DNA of 63,888 nucleotides, counting the filler, from Sphacelaria rigidula (Eukaryota), in NCBI GenBank assembly GCA_964200075.2. It is 11 parts of 11 records of this genome, joined end to end, with 100 filler letters (N's around TTAATTAATTAA, not from the genome) between each part and the next. Parts side by side here need not be neighbours in the genome. Positions count along the whole stretch, not along the records: positions 58,173 to 63,888 come from CAXNAA020025017.1; 10 more parts are not named here. One strand, written 5' to 3'. This document shows positions 62,307 through 63,888 of this stretch, in pieces (within the stretch, counting starts at the first letter, position 1; the number at the start of each line of letters is the position of its first letter). The translations under genes and the position numbers were made by a program. The notes beneath the pieces were generated by a model that had not been told where the DNA came from, ran no database searches, and saw only the letters and a list, made by a program, of their open reading frames with translations.

Positions 62307-62634
62307 GCCGCCGCGCCGCGGTGGTGTAATTAATGGTCTGACTGTCGCTATTAGGGTGGAGAAAACGAGGGTTCGATTCCCGACGCGTTGGGTTCTTTGT
62401 TCGTGAAATCTGATTTCCAACGTGTGAAGCTTGAGAACGTGAGTAGAAAAAGTAGTTGACTGACTTTGTTCAACAAGATTTGACGCGGTGCGGGAGTGCT
62501 CATGGTCATGACCCGATCGGCGAGAACGATATGCAAGGCGTGTACCAGGAGGGAGACGGGTTGATCCCTTGAGACCGCAGAGTCATGCCGAGAAAGGGGA
62601 GGGCTTCAAACTGCGACAAAAATAAAAATAAAAA
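62307..62634 (+). mobile_element. tRNA-headed SINE family B, full length
   Basis: GCCGCCGCGCCGCGGTGGTGTAATTAATGG ... GGTTCGATTCCC head, and ...ctgcgac(AAAAAT)n tail. Colinear with 7680-8015. Confidence 0.75.
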
Positions 62635-62749
62635 GTCCGTTGGGCAATGTTCTTCAGCTACGAGTAGCTGCTGAGGAAGCCAAATTACTCTTTGCGATGT
62701 TATGGAAAATGACTTTGGTACTTCTGGATTTCTCACTTTAGTTTTTAAC

Positions 62750-63130
62750 GTTGCTGTCTCCGGAAGTGGCGATACCAGAGAATGAAGCAACTCATCGGAG
62801 GCTGCCATCGAAATGCAAGACGATCAGTACGCTTCGGGCCGAACCATGTCAGCAGGGTGCAGCTCACCCTTCATGCGACTTGCCGAGCACACCACGTCGC
62901 TTCGCCCTTGGTGATTGATTTCGAGCCTGGTCCGGCTAAAACCCGGCGTGCTCCGTCCCTGCTTTATAGGGATGCGAGGTCAGTGGTCATATATGACTAC
63001 AGCATGCAAAGTCATGAGTGCACAGCCTCCCCCTTCCCCCTTTTGCTCCGTTCCGGCTTTGTAGGGATGCGAGGTCAATGGCCTCATGACAACGGCATGC
63101 AAACTCATAATTGCCCCCCCTCCCCGCCTT
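62750..63130 (+). mobile_element. Two stacked LINE family B 3' ends, each ending in a C-rich tail
   Basis: First copy ends atgagtgcacagcctcccccttccccc (~63040). A second short copy (gctccgttccggctttgtagggatgcgaggtcaatgg) starts immediately and ends in another C-run (~63115-63125). Confidence 0.72.
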
Positions 63131-63776
63131 CTTGCCCCCTCTGTTTTCCCAAATCTGTGGTCGTTTCTCATGTTGTTTCCTTTCTTCTTCTGACGACGAA
63201 AATGTAGGTCGCACTTGTTTGGCCTGGTGCGCAAGGAGCACCGACACGCCTTCACGCCTGGTGACTTGGAGAAGAGCGGGACCCACACGGCTTTTTTACG
63301 CCGATCTATCCGGGCTATTGTGAAGGGTGAGTAATACCTTTTGGTCCGTTGTCTATTGTTTCGTCTGCCTGTGTGTCACGCTGAGTAATGACGTATAGAT
63401 TTACGTTGTCAAAAATGTCCTGCGTATGCGGAGTCCATCGTCTTTTATTGCAGTAAACGCGCACCATAATGGTCGACACTGTACGTGATGTGCACCATAG
63501 TGGTCGATACTGTACGTGGTCAAATTGTTTTGGACGACGTTTATGTTTTTGAAGGGTGTGTTCGGTGTGCCTGTGTGTTCGGTGTGCAGTAGTGAAGACT
63601 AATCACGCGAAAATAAATGTATGGATGAAAGGTGAGAGCACGGAGGGAGGGGAGGGGAGGAGATGGGGAGGCTATGAAAATCACCGTCTGGTGCATTTTA
63701 CAAACGTGCAGCAACACTGTAGTGGGGGGTTGATGCTTTGCTAAAGCGGTGGGTGCGCGCGATGTGCGTCCATCTC

Positions 63777-63811
<35 letters not shown>

Positions 63812-63888
63812 CCGGGGCGAGTCGGGGGTGGGTGGGGGGGGGGGGGCGGGTGGGGGTGGTTATTGTATTGTCGGCCCGCCAAAACAAA

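Overview
This window is not one locus. It is 11 unrelated eukaryotic contigs of 5718, 5718, 5717 (x8) and 5716 bp, sorted by size and joined by artificial 100-bp linkers (44 N + TTAATTAATTAA + 44 N). The roughly balanced GC, long introns with short GT-AG exons, and the gene and repeat content point to a brown alga (Phaeophyceae); this is an inference. Spliced gene fragments I could reconstruct by hand are an RRM RNA-binding protein (2 exons), a 1,3-beta-glucan (callose/FKS-type) synthase (5 exons), a mitochondrial carrier (4 exons, one a 13-nt microexon) and a WSC-like exon. Most of the rest is transposon-derived: two tRNA-headed SINE families, two LINE 3'-end families, Copia and Gypsy relics, probable Penelope-like and Plavaka/CACTA relics, and several MITEs with clear TIR/TSD signatures (TA, TTA and 8-bp). 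The most unusual signal is a set of non-LTR retroelement ends that finish in ATGAGTACAC + oligo(C) instead of poly(A). Two of them have target-site duplications that begin at a C-run, one about 100 bp long that copies a splice donor. No prokaryotic system, CRISPR array or rRNA is supported, and most ORFs in the six-frame track are spurious.
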